Assembly: GCF_044324875.1 (NCBI RefSeq)
Contig: NZ_CP172185.1
Length of the DNA stretch: 64,000 bases
Source: Escherichia coli
GTDB lineage: Bacteria > Pseudomonadota > Gammaproteobacteria > Enterobacterales > Enterobacteriaceae
Strand: one strand, 5' to 3'
Below are positions 32,443 to 43,859 of this stretch, piece after piece. Both the position numbers and the translations under genes were made by a program. How positions within the stretch are numbered: position 1 is the stretch's first letter; each line of letters starts with the position of its first letter. The notes under the pieces were generated by a model that ran no database searches, was not told the origin of the DNA, and saw only the letters and a program-made list of their open reading frames with translations.

Positions 32443-32679
32443 ATGCATCAAAATTCAGTGACTTCAGATTCTGCGGGAGCAATCACTCGTTACTTTGCAA
32501 AAGCTAACTTGCCTACTCAGCAGGAAACTCTCGGGGAAATTGTGACTGAGATTTTGAAAGATGGACGTAATCTGAGTCGAAAGTCGCTTTGTGCCAAACT
32601 TCTTTGCCGACTGGAACAAGCGACAGGGGAAGAGGAACAGAAACATTATAATGCACTAATTGGGTTGCTTTTTGAATAA
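32443..32679 (+). CDS. ycgZ: two-component connector YcgZ
   Basis: 78 aa. It is the first gene of the ycgZ-ymgA-ariR-ymgC operon. Confidence 0.8.
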   Translation: MHQNSVTSDSAGAITRYFAKANLPTQQETLGEIVTEILKDGRNLSRKSLCAKLLCRLEQATGEEEQKHYNALIGLLFE

Positions 32680-32721
32680 TGCAACAGCCTGATTATTTAA
32701 CAGGTTAGCTATGAAGTCGTT

Positions 32722-32994
32722 ATGAAGACATCTGATAATGAAAGTATAAAATATGAAATTACTGGCCAGGCGGTGCTCCATATACTGCGCATGAAGATAA
32801 ATTTTTCGTTGCAGACTCTTATTAAGCAATTACTCGTAATGAAATCGGCTGAGGAAAATGCTTTCCGACGAGATTTAATTGACAGCATAATTCGTGATTT
32901 TAGCAACAGTGATACAGGAGGGCCAAACAGAAGAACAGCGATAGCTGACAATAAAAGTATGTTCAATGGTAAGAAAATAAACAGAATACATTAA
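32722..32994 (+). CDS. ymgA: connector protein YmgA
   Basis: 90 aa, synteny. Confidence 0.8.
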   Translation: MKTSDNESIKYEITGQAVLHILRMKINFSLQTLIKQLLVMKSAEENAFRRDLIDSIIRDFSNSDTGGPNRRTAIADNKSMFNGKKINRIH

Positions 32995-33022
32995 AATTTC
33001 ATAAGTAAGATGAGAGGTTACC

Positions 33023-33289
33023 ATGCTTGAAGATACTACTATTCATAATGCAATAACTGATAAAGCGTTATCAAGTTACTTTCGTAGTTCAGGTAATTTG
33101 TTAGAAGAAGAGTCAGCTGTGTTAGGGCAGGCTGTGACCAATTTAATGCTTTCAGGCGATAATGTTAATAATAAAAATATTATCTTAAGTCTGATACACT
33201 CCCTGGAAACAACAAATGATATTCTTAAAGCTGATGTGATTAGAAAAACACTGGAAATCGTGTTGCGATACACAGCTGATGATATGTAA
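33023..33289 (+). CDS. ariR: acid-resistance/biofilm regulator AriR (YmgB)
   Basis: 88 aa, synteny. Confidence 0.8.
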   Translation: MLEDTTIHNAITDKALSSYFRSSGNLLEEESAVLGQAVTNLMLSGDNVNNKNIILSLIHSLETTNDILKADVIRKTLEIVLRYTADDM

Positions 33290-33401
33290 CTTTTAATTGT
33301 TAAGTATAAGTTTTTAGAAAACTCATTCATCTTATTTTTGTCTGTCGCTTTAGACTATACACAGCATAATTTTATTGGGTCACTATTCCTACGAGGCTGA
33401 C

Positions 33402-33650
33402 ATGAATAATTCAATCCCAGAGAGATTTATTTTTCAATGTGCTTTGTTTAAAAATCTCGAGAGGGAGGTGTTCATGACGCATGGATATGTTGATAGTCAT
33501 ATAATTGATCAGGCTTTACGCTTGCGTTTAAAAGATGAAACCAGTGTGATTCTTTCTGATCTCTATCTGCAAATCTTGCAGTACATTGAAATGCATAAGA
33601 CTACACTAACGGATATCATTATTAATGACAGGGAATCCGTGCTCTCTTAG
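33402..33650 (+). CDS. ymgC: YmgC
   Basis: 82 aa from MNNSIPERF. The ORF extends upstream. Confidence 0.7.
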   Translation: MNNSIPERFIFQCALFKNLEREVFMTHGYVDSHIIDQALRLRLKDETSVILSDLYLQILQYIEMHKTTLTDIIINDRESVLS

Positions 33651-33985
33651 AACTTGTGGAAGGTTTTAGAATAAAGATCAGATGTCTCATCATGCTGGTG
33701 CAAAGTGAGCATTTCAGGCGTTATGCTTTCTTAATATATACGCAATATCAGGGAGCAAACAAGAATGGAGAGCGCTCGGTTTCCATTCTTGACGCCTGAT
33801 TTCCCGCCTAATTTGTTTAATTCTGCCTACATTATGCTCAATAATTAATAGGTTAGATGAAGATGGAGAAAATTTTATCTTCGGCGTGGATATTTGTGAT
33901 GCTCTCTACCATGCTCTCTGTAGACGCCAGCGCGAGCGAATGAATGTCATTTTTATGTATTAAACCCTTTGGCCGGGACAAGTGA

Positions 33986-35509
33986 ATGCGCAATACACTC
34001 ATACCCATCCTCATTGCGATATGCTTGTTTATAACCGGTGTCGCTATTTTGAACATCCAGCTCTGGTATTCCGCAAAAGCAGAGTACCTGGCGGGAGCAA
34101 GATATGCCGCCAACAATATCAATCATATACTTGAAGAAGCGTCACAGGCGACTCAAACGGCGGTTAACATTGCCGGGAAGGAATGCGACCTCGAGGAGCA
34201 ATATCAGCTTGGCACTGAAGCAGCTCTGAAACCTCACCTGCGCACAATCATCATTCTCAAACAGGGAACGGTCTGGTGTACATCCTTACCGGGGAATCGG
34301 GTCCTGCTGTCTCGTATTCCTGTTTTCCCGGACAGTAATTTACTGCTGGCTCCGGCAATCGACACCGTTAATAGATTACCTATCCTGCTCTATCAGAGCC
34401 AATTTGCAGATACGCGCATTTTGGTTACGATAAGTGATCAGCATATTCGCGGGGCGCTTAATGTACCCTTGAAAGGGGTAAGGTATGTATTACGCGTGGC
34501 AGATGACATTATTGGACCTACGGGTGATGTGATGACGCTTAATGGACACTATCCCTATACCGAGAAGGTTCACTCCACAAAATATCATTTCACTATTATC
34601 TTTAACCCGCCGCCACTCTTTAGCTTCTACAGACTTATCGATAAAGGCTTTGGGATTTTGATATTTATTCTGTTAATCGCCTGCGCCGCTGCCTTCCTGC
34701 TTGATAGGTATTTCAATAAAAGCGCAACGCCTGAAGAGATCCTGCGACGGGCTATAAATAATGGAGAGATCGTCCCATTTTACCAACCTGTGGTAAATGG
34801 TCGGGAAGGGACATTGCGGGGAGTTGAGGTGTTAGCCCGCTGGAAACAACCTCACGGTGGATATATATCACCCGCGGCATTTATTCCACTTGCTGAAAAA
34901 TCCGGATTAATCGTTCCGCTTACGCAAAGCCTGATGAATCAGGTTGCCAGACAGATGAACGCTATCGCGAGTAAACTGCCGGAAGGTTTTCATATTGGGA
35001 TTAATTTTAGCGCCTCGCATATTATTTCGCCGACATTTGTCGACGAGTGCTTAAATTACCGTGACAGTTTTACCCGTCGCGATTTAAACCTCGTTCTGGA
35101 AGTTACCGAGCGTGAGCCATTAAATGTTGATGAGAGTCTGGTTCAGCGGTTGAACATTCTGCATGAAAATGGTTTTGTCATCGCGCTGGATGATTTCGGT
35201 ACTGGCTACTCAGGGCTTTCTTATCTGCATGACCTGCATATTGATTATATCAAAATTGATCACAGTTTCGTTGGCCGCGTAAACGCAGACCCAGAATCAA
35301 CTCGGATTCTGGATTGTGTATTGGATCTGGCGCGTAAACTTTCGATTAGTATCGTCGCTGAAGGTGTCGAAACGAAAGAACAACTTGACTATCTGAATCA
35401 AAATAATATCACATTTCAGCAGGGTTATTATTTCTATAAACCGGTAACATACATCGACCTGGTCAAAATTATCCTTTCTAAACCGAAGGTGAAGGTTGTG
35501 GTTGAGTAA
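33986..35509 (+). CDS. pdeG: c-di-GMP phosphodiesterase PdeG (YcgG), CSS-EAL type
   Basis: 507 aa with an N-terminal TM and periplasmic CSS domain, then a C-terminal EAL domain (EVLARW...ALDDFGTGYS). Confidence 0.85.
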   Translation: MRNTLIPILIAICLFITGVAILNIQLWYSAKAEYLAGARYAANNINHILEEASQATQTAVNIAGKECDLEEQYQLGTEAALKPHLRTIIILKQGTVWCTSLPGNRVLLSRIPVFPDSNLLLAPAIDTVNRLPILLYQSQFADTRILVTISDQHIRGALNVPLKGVRYVLRVADDIIGPTGDVMTLNGHYPYTEKVHSTKYHFTIIFNPPPLFSFYRLIDKGFGILIFILLIACAAAFLLDRYFNKSATPEEILRRAINNGEIVPFYQPVVNGREGTLRGVEVLARWKQPHGGYISPAAFIPLAEKSGLIVPLTQSLMNQVARQMNAIASKLPEGFHIGINFSASHIISPTFVDECLNYRDSFTRRDLNLVLEVTEREPLNVDESLVQRLNILHENGFVIALDDFGTGYSGLSYLHDLHIDYIKIDHSFVGRVNADPESTRILDCVLDLARKLSISIVAEGVETKEQLDYLNQNNITFQQGYYFYKPVTYIDLVKIILSKPKVKVVVE

Positions 35510-35640
35510 AAATTGATCAGTAAGGCCATGGTGCGGTGTAATTATAGACAGCTAATTAGCTCGTTGCCTCTTGTTACTATTGTTCATTATTTTGTTTGCT
35601 ATAATTGTTTGAAAGTTTTGACAGGATTGCCATTAGTAGC

Positions 35641-35859
35641 ATGAACAATAGTAATAATCTGGATTATTTCACTCTCTATATCATCTTTTCCATTGCATTT
35701 ATGCTGATCACTCTCCTGGTCATCCTTATTGCAAAACCCAGTACCGGGCTGGGAGAAGTGCTTGTGACGATAAATTTGCTTAATGCCCTTGTTTGGCTGG
35801 CGATCAATCTGGTTAATCGATTAAGGGAAAGACTCGTAAGCCACAGGGAGCAGCAATAA
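35641..35859 (+). CDS. ymgF: small inner-membrane protein YmgF
   Basis: 72 aa from MNNSNNLDYF, two TM helices. Confidence 0.6.
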   Translation: MNNSNNLDYFTLYIIFSIAFMLITLLVILIAKPSTGLGEVLVTINLLNALVWLAINLVNRLRERLVSHREQQ

Positions 35860-36258
35860 TCTTTCAGTTTCTCACTGTCAGTATGCGGCTGAATGGGTTG
35901 CTGGCAGTGAACGCCTGGATCATTGAAGGAAAGGTATTATTGCGCAAATAGTTGTCAACCCTGGTGTTATCACAGTTGTTTTTATATATCATCGAAATAA
36001 TTCCCATGGCAACTATCAACAATTTTGATGTCGAAGAGTTATTTGTTAAACAAAATCGTCACTCCAAAGTGATCAATGTCATGAAAATAAGGTGAAAAAT
36101 GATAATGCCGACTTATTTATCATTTATGTATTGTCGCTGTTTATCTATTTAAATTTCTTGTGCTTTTGTTTTTGTCTTTACCCTCCGTTTTGGTAATCTG
36201 AACTCATAGGTTATTTGACCAGGAATGTTTGTTAATCCAATGAATGGATGGTTAATCT

Positions 36259-38475
36259 ATGAAACTGAAAAAACTCCCCGGGTTTAGTTTAGGACTTATT
36301 GCTTTGGCGGTGGGTAATGCATATGCAACACAATTATTGGATGATTATAGTATAATTTCCTATATAACTGATGAAGAATCGCCGATTGAAATCAAAGATA
36401 ATAATCCGATAAGTAATGGAGAGTATCTAACCACTAAAGACGAAAGCCATGCTGTGAAAGTGGATGACGGTGTAACTGGATATATAAATAATGCCAGTGT
36501 GATGACTAGTGGTGATGGATCTTATGGTATTTCTGTTGATAGTCAAAACAAAGTATTATATATAAGCGATAGCGATATTAAGACCTCTGGAAGCGTATCT
36601 GACAAAGGAAATAACCAAGGTGTTAATGGAGGGATAACAGCCAGCGCAGTAGTCAGTGAATTTGGTGGCACCATCGTTATGAATGGTGATAATTCAGTCG
36701 AGACGAGGGGGGCATATTCAGCGGGACTTTTAAGTCAGGTTAATGATTCTGGTATTGTGGAAAATAACACCCGTCTTGAAACCACAGATAAAACGAACAT
36801 TGTTACCTATGGGGAAAATGCAGTAGGTGTTCTTGCATGTTCAAGTCCTGGAGAGTCTCGAACATGTGTCGATGCTGTAGATGATGAAGTTAGTGATTCT
36901 AACAGTTACGAAGTTATTAGCCGTGCTGATTTAAAAATGAATGGTGGTTCCATAACAACTAATGGCACTAATAGCTATGGTGCTTATGCTAATGGGGAAA
37001 AAGCATATATTAATTTAGATTATGTGGCACTTGAAACCGGGGAGCATGGAAGTTATGCAGTTGCTATTCGACAAGGTAACATTGATATAAAAAATAGTTC
37101 TATTACAACAAAAGGCACTAAAGCCCCCATTGCAAAAATATACAATGGTGGAAAGTTATTTTTTTCCAATGTCACCGCGGTATCAGAACAAGATAAAGGA
37201 ATATCAATTGATGCATCAAATATCGATTCTCAAGCCAAAATAGCACTATCAAGTGTCGAACTTTCAAGTGCTTTGGATAGTATTAATGTTAACAAAACTT
37301 CAACGGATGTAAGCATCCTTAATCGAAGTATTATCACGCCTGGTAATAATATTCTGGTTAATAATACTGGAGGTGGCTTAAACATAATTTCGTCCGACTC
37401 TACTCTAAATGGAGCGACTAAACTCGTTAGCGGCACAACTACACTGAAGCTTTCAGAAAACACAATCTGGAATATGAAAGATGACTCCGTTGTTACCCAT
37501 CTGACTAATTCAGACAGTATTATCAATCTTTCGTATGATGATGGTCAAACATTTACCCAGGGAAAAACGTTAACCGTAAAAGGTAATTATGTCGGTAATA
37601 ATGGTCAGCTTAATATCCGCACCGTATTAGGTGATGATAAATCGGCTACTGACAGACTTATTGTTGAGGGTAATACTTCGGGTTCAACTACCGTCTATGT
37701 GAAAAATGCTGGAGGAAGCGGCGCGGCCACGCTAAATGGGATCGAACTCATAACTGTGAATGGCGATGAATCTCCAGCAGATGCCTTCAGACAAGGTGAT
37801 GCAAGGATTGCAGCTGGAGCTTTCGAATATCAACTAAAACAACAAGGCAAAACTGGTATTTGACAAGTTATCAGTCAGTGAATGAGGAGGATAACAGCTC
37901 AGAGGGAAATTCAGAATCAACAGAAACGCCTACCCCCGTTCTGCGCCCCGAAGCTGGAAGTTACGTCGCCAACCTGGCAGCCGCTAACACTCTTTTTGTT
38001 ATGCGTCTGAACGATCGTGCAGGTGAAACGCGCTACATCGATCCTGTAACTGAACAGGAGCGTTCAAGCCGACTTTGGCTACGTCAAATTGGCGGGCATA
38101 ATGCCTGGCGTGACAGCAACGGACAGTTGAGAACGACCTCGCATCGCTACGTCTCGCAGTTAGGGGCGGATCTGTTAACCGGTGGTTTTACCGACAGTGA
38201 CAGTTGGCGTTTGGGAGTGATGGCTGGTTATGCCCGCGACTACAACTCAACTCATTCCAGCGTGTCGGATTATCGTTCGAAAGGGAGTGTCAGAGGCTAT
38301 AGCGCAGGGCTGTATGCCACCTGGTTTGCCGATGACATCAGTAAAAAAGGCGCATACATTGACGCCTGGGCGCAATATAGCTGGTTTAAAAACTCGGTGA
38401 AAGGAGATGAATTAGCCTATGAATCCTATAGCGCGAAAGGTGCAACCGTCTCGCTTGCGTATTCCGCTCTATTCG
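36259..38475 (+). pseudogene. ycgH: ycgH autotransporter passenger region (N-terminal part), with a frameshift at ~37860 and truncated by an IS
   Basis: A signal peptide, then Gly/Asn/Thr-rich beta-helix repeats split over two frames (36259-37863 and 37860 onward). The beta-barrel C-terminus resumes at 41093. Confidence 0.7.
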
Positions 38476-38554
38476 ATCACGGATTGGCATCGAAGTCCGA
38501 TCAGCGATTCGCATCCATTCGATCAACCGGGAACTTAACTTTTTCTACCGCTTT

Positions 38555-39313
38555 TTAACGCGTTTTTTCGCTGCTTTCCACTACCGGGGGATTTTTCCTC
38601 AGTGACTCTCCCTGAAGGACCACTCGGTGTGAGTTATGTACCAGTCTGTCCAGGATGGCATCTGCTGTTGTTGGGTTCTCCATCAGACCATGCCATTTAT
38701 CTACCGGGAACTGGCTTACCACTATCGTGCTGCTTTGTCCGTAACGATCCTCTATGAGCTCCAGAAGGTCATTACACTGGGCGTTACTTAACTGTTCCAG
38801 CCCCAGATCGTCCAGGATTAGAACCTGTATTTTTTGCAACTGTTTCAGATATTTCAGCCAGCTGCCATCAACACGTCCCTGAGCCAGTTGTTCCAGTAAT
38901 CGCCCGGTTCTACAGTACCGGACGCTGTGTTTCTGTCGACATGCCTGTTCGCCCAGCGCATTGGCTATCCAGCTCTTGCCACATCCTGTCGGACCGGTTA
39001 TCAGCAGGTTTTTCCTGTGGGTTATGTAGTGGCCGTTCAGCAGTTCTCTCATCTGTTCAGCCCGCAGACCTCTTGAGGCCGGATAGCGCAGCCCTTCCGG
39101 TGTTGCCTGGTATTTCAGGCCGGCATTTTTTCTCAACCGTGCCACACGGCTGTTTTCCCTGCTCAGAAGCTCGTCATCAACCAGCAGCGTCAGCCTTTCC
39201 TCGAACGACAGTTCGTCGTAGGTCTGAGGCGTTTCCCGCTGCCGTATCAGGCTCCCGGCCATCGCCGGGAGTTTCAGTTGGGTCAGTTTGTTTAACAGGT
39301 TATCACTCATACT
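38555..39313 (-). CDS. istB: IS21-family helper ATPase IstB
   Basis: 252 aa from MSDNLLNKL, with Walker A GPTGCGKSW and a DnaA/IstB-like AAA+ fold. Confidence 0.8.
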   Translation of the reverse strand, partial: SMSDNLLNKLTQLKLPAMAGSLIRQRETPQTYDELSFEERLTLLVDDELLSRENSRVARLRKNAGLKYQATPEGLRYPASRGLRAEQMRELLNGHYITHRKNLLITGPTGCGKSWIANALGEQACRQKHSVRYCRTGRLLEQLAQGRVDGSWLKYLKQLQKIQVLILDDLGLEQLSNAQCNDLLELIEDRYGQSSTIVVSQFPVDKWHGLMENPTTADAILDRLVHNSHRVVLQGESLRKNPPVVESSEKTR

Positions 39314-39326
39314 GTTGTTCCTTCTG

Positions 39327-40862
39327 TCAGTGGTAGTAGCCCGGACCACGCAGGTTTTCATGCTCTGAAGCATATGCCGGATGTTGTTCGCCCTGGCGGG
39401 ATAATGGAAGCTCCAGGTTCTCCCGATGGTGACGCAGCAGATTGTCGATAAAGCGTCTGTCAGGGGCGTTATAGTGCAGGGCAACGTAACAGGCCTTTTC
39501 CAGCCGTTCCGGGCCGTATTTTTTCTGAAGTGCCAGCAGCCCCAGAACTGCACGATAAGCCAGTTCCGGATGGGGTTTTGCCTTCAGCATGGATTCAACC
39601 ACCCGGCCTGTGGACGGGCCCGTACGTTTTCCCTGCTCGATCAGGCGTTCCGGTGTCCATGTCCCGTGCTGCCGGTGGCGCTCTGGCATGTGAAGCGGAT
39701 TGGTTGTGTGTTTATATTCATGTGTGCTGCGCGGATGTTGCGCCACACACTGCCCCTTGTGCCAGAGCTGTACCACCGACTGCCCCGCCTTCAGTGACAG
39801 ACGCTGACCGACCAGTTCGTGTGGAACGGAGTACCAGTGACGGGCATATTCAACGTGGTAGTCAGGGCCAACCTTCACAGCTTTGTATTCCGTGTATTCA
39901 TAAGGTGCCAGAGGCAGCGGAGAGAGTGCTGGCGCATCCAGTATGCGGAAGCGTTCTGCACGGGTTTGATTGCCGTACCCCTTCATTGGCCGGTTATTCA
40001 TGTCTGTCAGTAACTCCCTAAGGCGCGCATTCAGCGCCCTGAGCGTGTGGAAGGTTTCATTACGGATGCGGGCAAGAAGCCATCGTTCAACGATGAGGAC
40101 GCCGTTTTCTGCTTTTGGTTTATCTTTAGGTTTGCGTGGTCGGGCCGGGATGATAACCGTGCCATAGTGCTCAGCCAGTGCCTGATAACTGTCGTTGATG
40201 ACAGGCTCATATCGATCGGCCTTTTTCACTGCGCTTCTGAGGTTATCGGGGATGAGCAGCTTCGGTACGCCGCCCAGGAAGGTCAGGCAACGGCTGTGGG
40301 CATTTAACCATGACATCATGTCCTGACCTTCGCACGCTTCAACGTAGGTATAGTTGGACGCCCCCATTACGGCCACGAAGATTGCCACGCGGCGTATCTC
40401 ACCGGTGTCCGGATTAATAACAGGAACCGTAGGACCACAGAAGTCGATAAAAAGCTTTTCGCCGGCACGATGCTCCTGGCGCATGGAGAGACGTCGCGTT
40501 TTTTTCCACTCCCGGTAGCAACGGCAGAAGTGCGAGTATCCCATCGCTTTGTTACCCGCCTGTGCCTTGTATTCCATCCACAACAGTTGCCGCGTCACAC
40601 CTGGTTTTCTCATTTCCGTATCGAAGTACAACATGTCAGGCATTACAAGCTCTGATGCAAAGGTGTCTTTGGGCGGAAAAATGAGTTTCTCCAGCGTGTC
40701 ATGGGATATATCAGCAGGTAATGGCCATGACAGAGAAGAGGCTTTGAAGCGGGCAAGAACCTCAAAAACGGTTGAGGCGCTGATGTGTAACGTCAGTCCG
40801 ATACAACGGTTAGTCAGCTTCTTGTCGAACTTGAGCTGAAGGATCTTAAAACAGGTTTCCAT
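39327..40862 (-). CDS. istA: IS21-family transposase IstA
   Basis: About 511 aa from METCFKILQL, with an N-terminal HTH and a DDE integrase core. The start is ambiguous because upstream in-frame Met codons run into the terminal repeats. Confidence 0.8.
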   Translation of the reverse strand: METCFKILQLKFDKKLTNRCIGLTLHISASTVFEVLARFKASSLSWPLPADISHDTLEKLIFPPKDTFASELVMPDMLYFDTEMRKPGVTRQLLWMEYKAQAGNKAMGYSHFCRCYREWKKTRRLSMRQEHRAGEKLFIDFCGPTVPVINPDTGEIRRVAIFVAVMGASNYTYVEACEGQDMMSWLNAHSRCLTFLGGVPKLLIPDNLRSAVKKADRYEPVINDSYQALAEHYGTVIIPARPRKPKDKPKAENGVLIVERWLLARIRNETFHTLRALNARLRELLTDMNNRPMKGYGNQTRAERFRILDAPALSPLPLAPYEYTEYKAVKVGPDYHVEYARHWYSVPHELVGQRLSLKAGQSVVQLWHKGQCVAQHPRSTHEYKHTTNPLHMPERHRQHGTWTPERLIEQGKRTGPSTGRVVESMLKAKPHPELAYRAVLGLLALQKKYGPERLEKACYVALHYNAPDRRFIDNLLRHHRENLELPLSRQGEQHPAYASEHENLRGPGYYH

Positions 40863-41092
40863 AGTGCTCCTGGATTTTCTCTTTCTGGACATTGACGTCT
40901 CCACTGGTTTAAACACGGCAATGGAGACTGTGGTGAAAAGAGTTAATTCCCGGAGTGACTGGCAGGATGCCAATCAATGATCGGAAGCATGCCAAATCGT
41001 GATCGATTGTGATGCCAAACTGTGATCGGAGATGGATGCCAAATCATGATCGATTCGAATGCCAAACTGCGATCGATTCAGATGCCATTTTG

Positions 41093-41566
41093 CACTCGCT
41101 GGAAGCGGGTTACGGTTTTGCCCTGAATAAATCCTTTGGTCTGGAAGCGGCGAAATATACGTGGATCTTCCAGCCACAGGCACAGGCTATCTGGATGGGC
41201 GTCGATCATAATGCGCACACGGAAGCCAATGGCTCACGTATTGAGAATGACGCAAATAACAACATCCAGACCCGACTTGGTTTCCGCTCCTTTATTCGTA
41301 CTCAGGAGAAAAACAGCGGTCCGCACGGTGACGACTTTGAACCTTTTGTTGAAATGAACTGGATCCATAACAGTAAAGATTTTGCTGTCTCAATGAACGG
41401 TGTGAAAGTCGAACAAGACGGGGCGCGTAATCTGGGGGAAATTAAACTTGGCGTAAATGGCAATCTGAATCCGGCGGCCAGCGTCTGGGGTAATGTGGGC
41501 GTGCAGCTGGGTGATAATGGCTACAATGACACCGCAGTGATGGTGGGCCTGAAATATAAGTTCTGA
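41093..41566 (+). pseudogene. ycgH: ycgH autotransporter beta-barrel C-terminal fragment
   Basis: ...GFALNKSFGLEAAKYTWIFQPQAQ...VGLKYKF is a typical autotransporter translocator ending in an aromatic residue. Confidence 0.7.
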
Positions 41567-41621
41567 TCCCCGTTAGCTAAAATACCGCGTCGAATTCATC
41601 GACGCGGTAACATATTAAATA

Positions 41622-41957
41622 TTATTTTTTGCCGATAGCACGCATGGTGTCATCAATTGCCGTGATCAACAGCATTTGCGGGTCTTTAGCGCAAACCTGA
41701 TTCAGTTTTTCTACCACTTTGGCGCTCAGTTCCGGAGATTGCTCAATTTTTAAATCACGGCTGGCAACGCTGGCATTACCCATTACCGCAACAATTTCTG
41801 CAACCTGTGCGCTGTCAGTTTTTGCCATTTCGTTGGCTTCTGCGCAAGTAATATAGGTTTCTGACGGCAAACCGTTTTTAATATTGTAGTCCTGCGCCCA
41901 GGTCATTGGTGCGAAAACAAACAGACCCGCCAGTAAAGCAAATTTTTTCATCATCAT
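41622..41957 (-). CDS. ymgD: periplasmic protein YmgD
   Basis: About 109 aa with a signal peptide, synteny. Confidence 0.75.
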   Translation of the reverse strand: MMMKKFALLAGLFVFAPMTWAQDYNIKNGLPSETYITCAEANEMAKTDSAQVAEIVAVMGNASVASRDLKIEQSPELSAKVVEKLNQVCAKDPQMLLITAIDDTMRAIGKK

Positions 41958-41960
41958 TCC

Positions 41961-42305
41961 TTATTTCATTTTACCCAGAATTGCACCACCCGTACCGCCA
42001 ATCACGGCACCTTTAATCGCCCCTTCGAGGCCATTGCCGGTCAGAACGCCAGTGACAGCACCAACAGCGGCACCCACTTTTGCACCTTTACGCGCATTTT
42101 TACCGTCGCGGCCTTTTTCTGTTACTGCACCAACACCAGCGCCAACAGCTGCACCTTTCAGTACGCCATTAACACCATTGCCAGTAAGTAAACCAACGCC
42201 TGCGCCTAGCAATGCACCTTTCGTGGTGCGATTCATATCCGCCATCGCTGGCGTGGAGCAGAACAATGCTGAGATAAGCCCGAAGGCAAGTATTTTTTTC
42301 TTCAA
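41961..42305 (-). CDS. ymgG: glycine-zipper protein YmgG
   Basis: 114 aa with a signal peptide and GxxxG repeats. Confidence 0.75.
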
Positions 42306-42780
42306 CTTAGATGTCCGGTATTAAGTAAGTTGCACACACAATAATTTCGTCTTCAATTAAGATCTGCTTAACTAAAGAACGCTCGCTATTATTCAGATAA
42401 TTCAAAATGAGCGTGACTGTGATGATAGGAATTATGTTTTTTACGGGAATGAGAATAATCTCAAATGAGAAATAACTCATTGATTGACAATATTTTTATT
42501 CAAGAAGTGTCATTGACTGTTAATACAATGTTGTAAAGGTAAGATAATCTGATTTATCAATATTATTGTGTGATTTTTATGTGAGCAGAAGATATTCATC
42601 AGCAACGATTACATTAGTCATTTTATTTTGCCGACGGCCTCATTGTCGAAAAATAAGCGTACGACAGTATTATCAGAAAAGAGTGTTTTATATCCAACCA
42701 CACCTCAGCGCACAGCGTTTAAAAAATGCCTCTTTCTTATGCGGGATATCATCATTTCATCATAATGTCTTTGATGAGCG

Positions 42781-43224
42781 GTGAACATAATACACTTGCG
42801 CTGTCTCTTCAGAATCAATCCCCTGGTCTGGTGCCTGCGGGCTGATGTTGCAGCAGAGCTAAGGTCGCTTAGAGGCTACTATCATTTATCCAATGGCATG
42901 GAATCGAAATTATTCGATACCCGCAGTATATATCGTGAACTGGGCGCAACGCTGAGTTACAACATGCGTCTGGGTAACGGTATGGAAGTTGAGCCGTGGC
43001 TGAAGGCGGCTGTGCGCAAAGAATTTGTCGATGATAACCGGGTGAAAGTGAATAATGACGGTAATTTTGTCAATGATTTGTCGGACAGACGTGGAATATA
43101 CCAGGCAGGTATTAAAGTCTCATTCAGCAGTTCGTTAAGCGGGCATCTCGGGGTGGGGTATAGCCATGGTGCCGGTGTGGAATCCCCGTGGAACGCGGTG
43201 GCTGGTGCGAACTGGTCGTTCTGA
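42781..43224 (+). pseudogene. ycgI: ycgI autotransporter beta-domain remnant
   Basis: C-terminal barrel-like sequence ...GVGYSHGAGVESPWNAVAGANWSF with no passenger or signal peptide. Confidence 0.6.
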
Positions 43225-43589
43225 CCATCAACGATTAAACTGCGCTTCGGCGCAGTTTCCGTTTACAGGATGTTAAAAGAGAAAATTCTGCGGCAAAAAA
43301 AGCCCGCCAGTTACGGCGGGAAACCTCATCCTATGGGAGAACAATGAATAATGAAATTGCGGGGTTATCATCTCCCAGTATACCCATACTAACAATAAGG
43401 TTATTTACTCAGCCAGGTATAAACAATTTGTTCTGTGTGGGGGGAACGGCATTAAGGTGTAAAGGGGGGGAAGCAATGAGTAGCATCAGCAAGAATACTC
43501 GCCGCTCTTATCAAACGTGGATGAGGGGGATGAAAAACTCAAGGCAGAGATAACTCTGCCTTGAAGATAAATGCGCTTTTACAGCGGGC

Positions 43590-43856
43590 TTATTTCAGCT
43601 CTTCTGCTTCCGGCAAGGTCACGTTCAGCTCAAGAATAGAAATATCGCCATCTTTTTGCTCAAGCTGTACGGTTACCATCTCAGGATCAATTTGTACGTA
43701 TTTACAAATGACCTCAAGAATATCTTTACGCAACTGCGGCAGATAATGCGGTTCTGCATCGCTGCGACGGCGTTCAGCAACAATAATCTGCAGCCGTTCT
43801 TTTGCAATGTTGGCCGTGTTTTTCTTCCGCGAGAGAAAGAAATCGAGTAATGCCAT
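43590..43856 (-). CDS. minE: cell-division topological specificity factor MinE
   Basis: 88 aa, recognised. Confidence 0.95.
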
Positions 43857-43859
43857 AAC

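Larger units (their letters stand above)
38478..41092 (-). mobile_element. IS21-family insertion sequence (istA-istB) inserted in ycgH
   Basis: Multimeric terminal repeats (gatgccaaa(t/c)(c/t)gtgatcg... ×4) occur at 40975-41090, with inverted counterparts at ~38480-38530. The two-gene istA/istB organisation is present. Confidence 0.8.

Noticed and set aside
36259-38558. Autotransporter ORFs read as one intact adhesin gene
   Set aside because: A frame change at ~37860 and the IS21-family insertion at ~38478 show it is a pseudogene, consistent with ycgH status in K-12.
43344-43553. 69-aa ORF upstream of minE
   Set aside because: No RBS or homology is recognised, and it lies in the known ycgI-minE intergenic remnant region.
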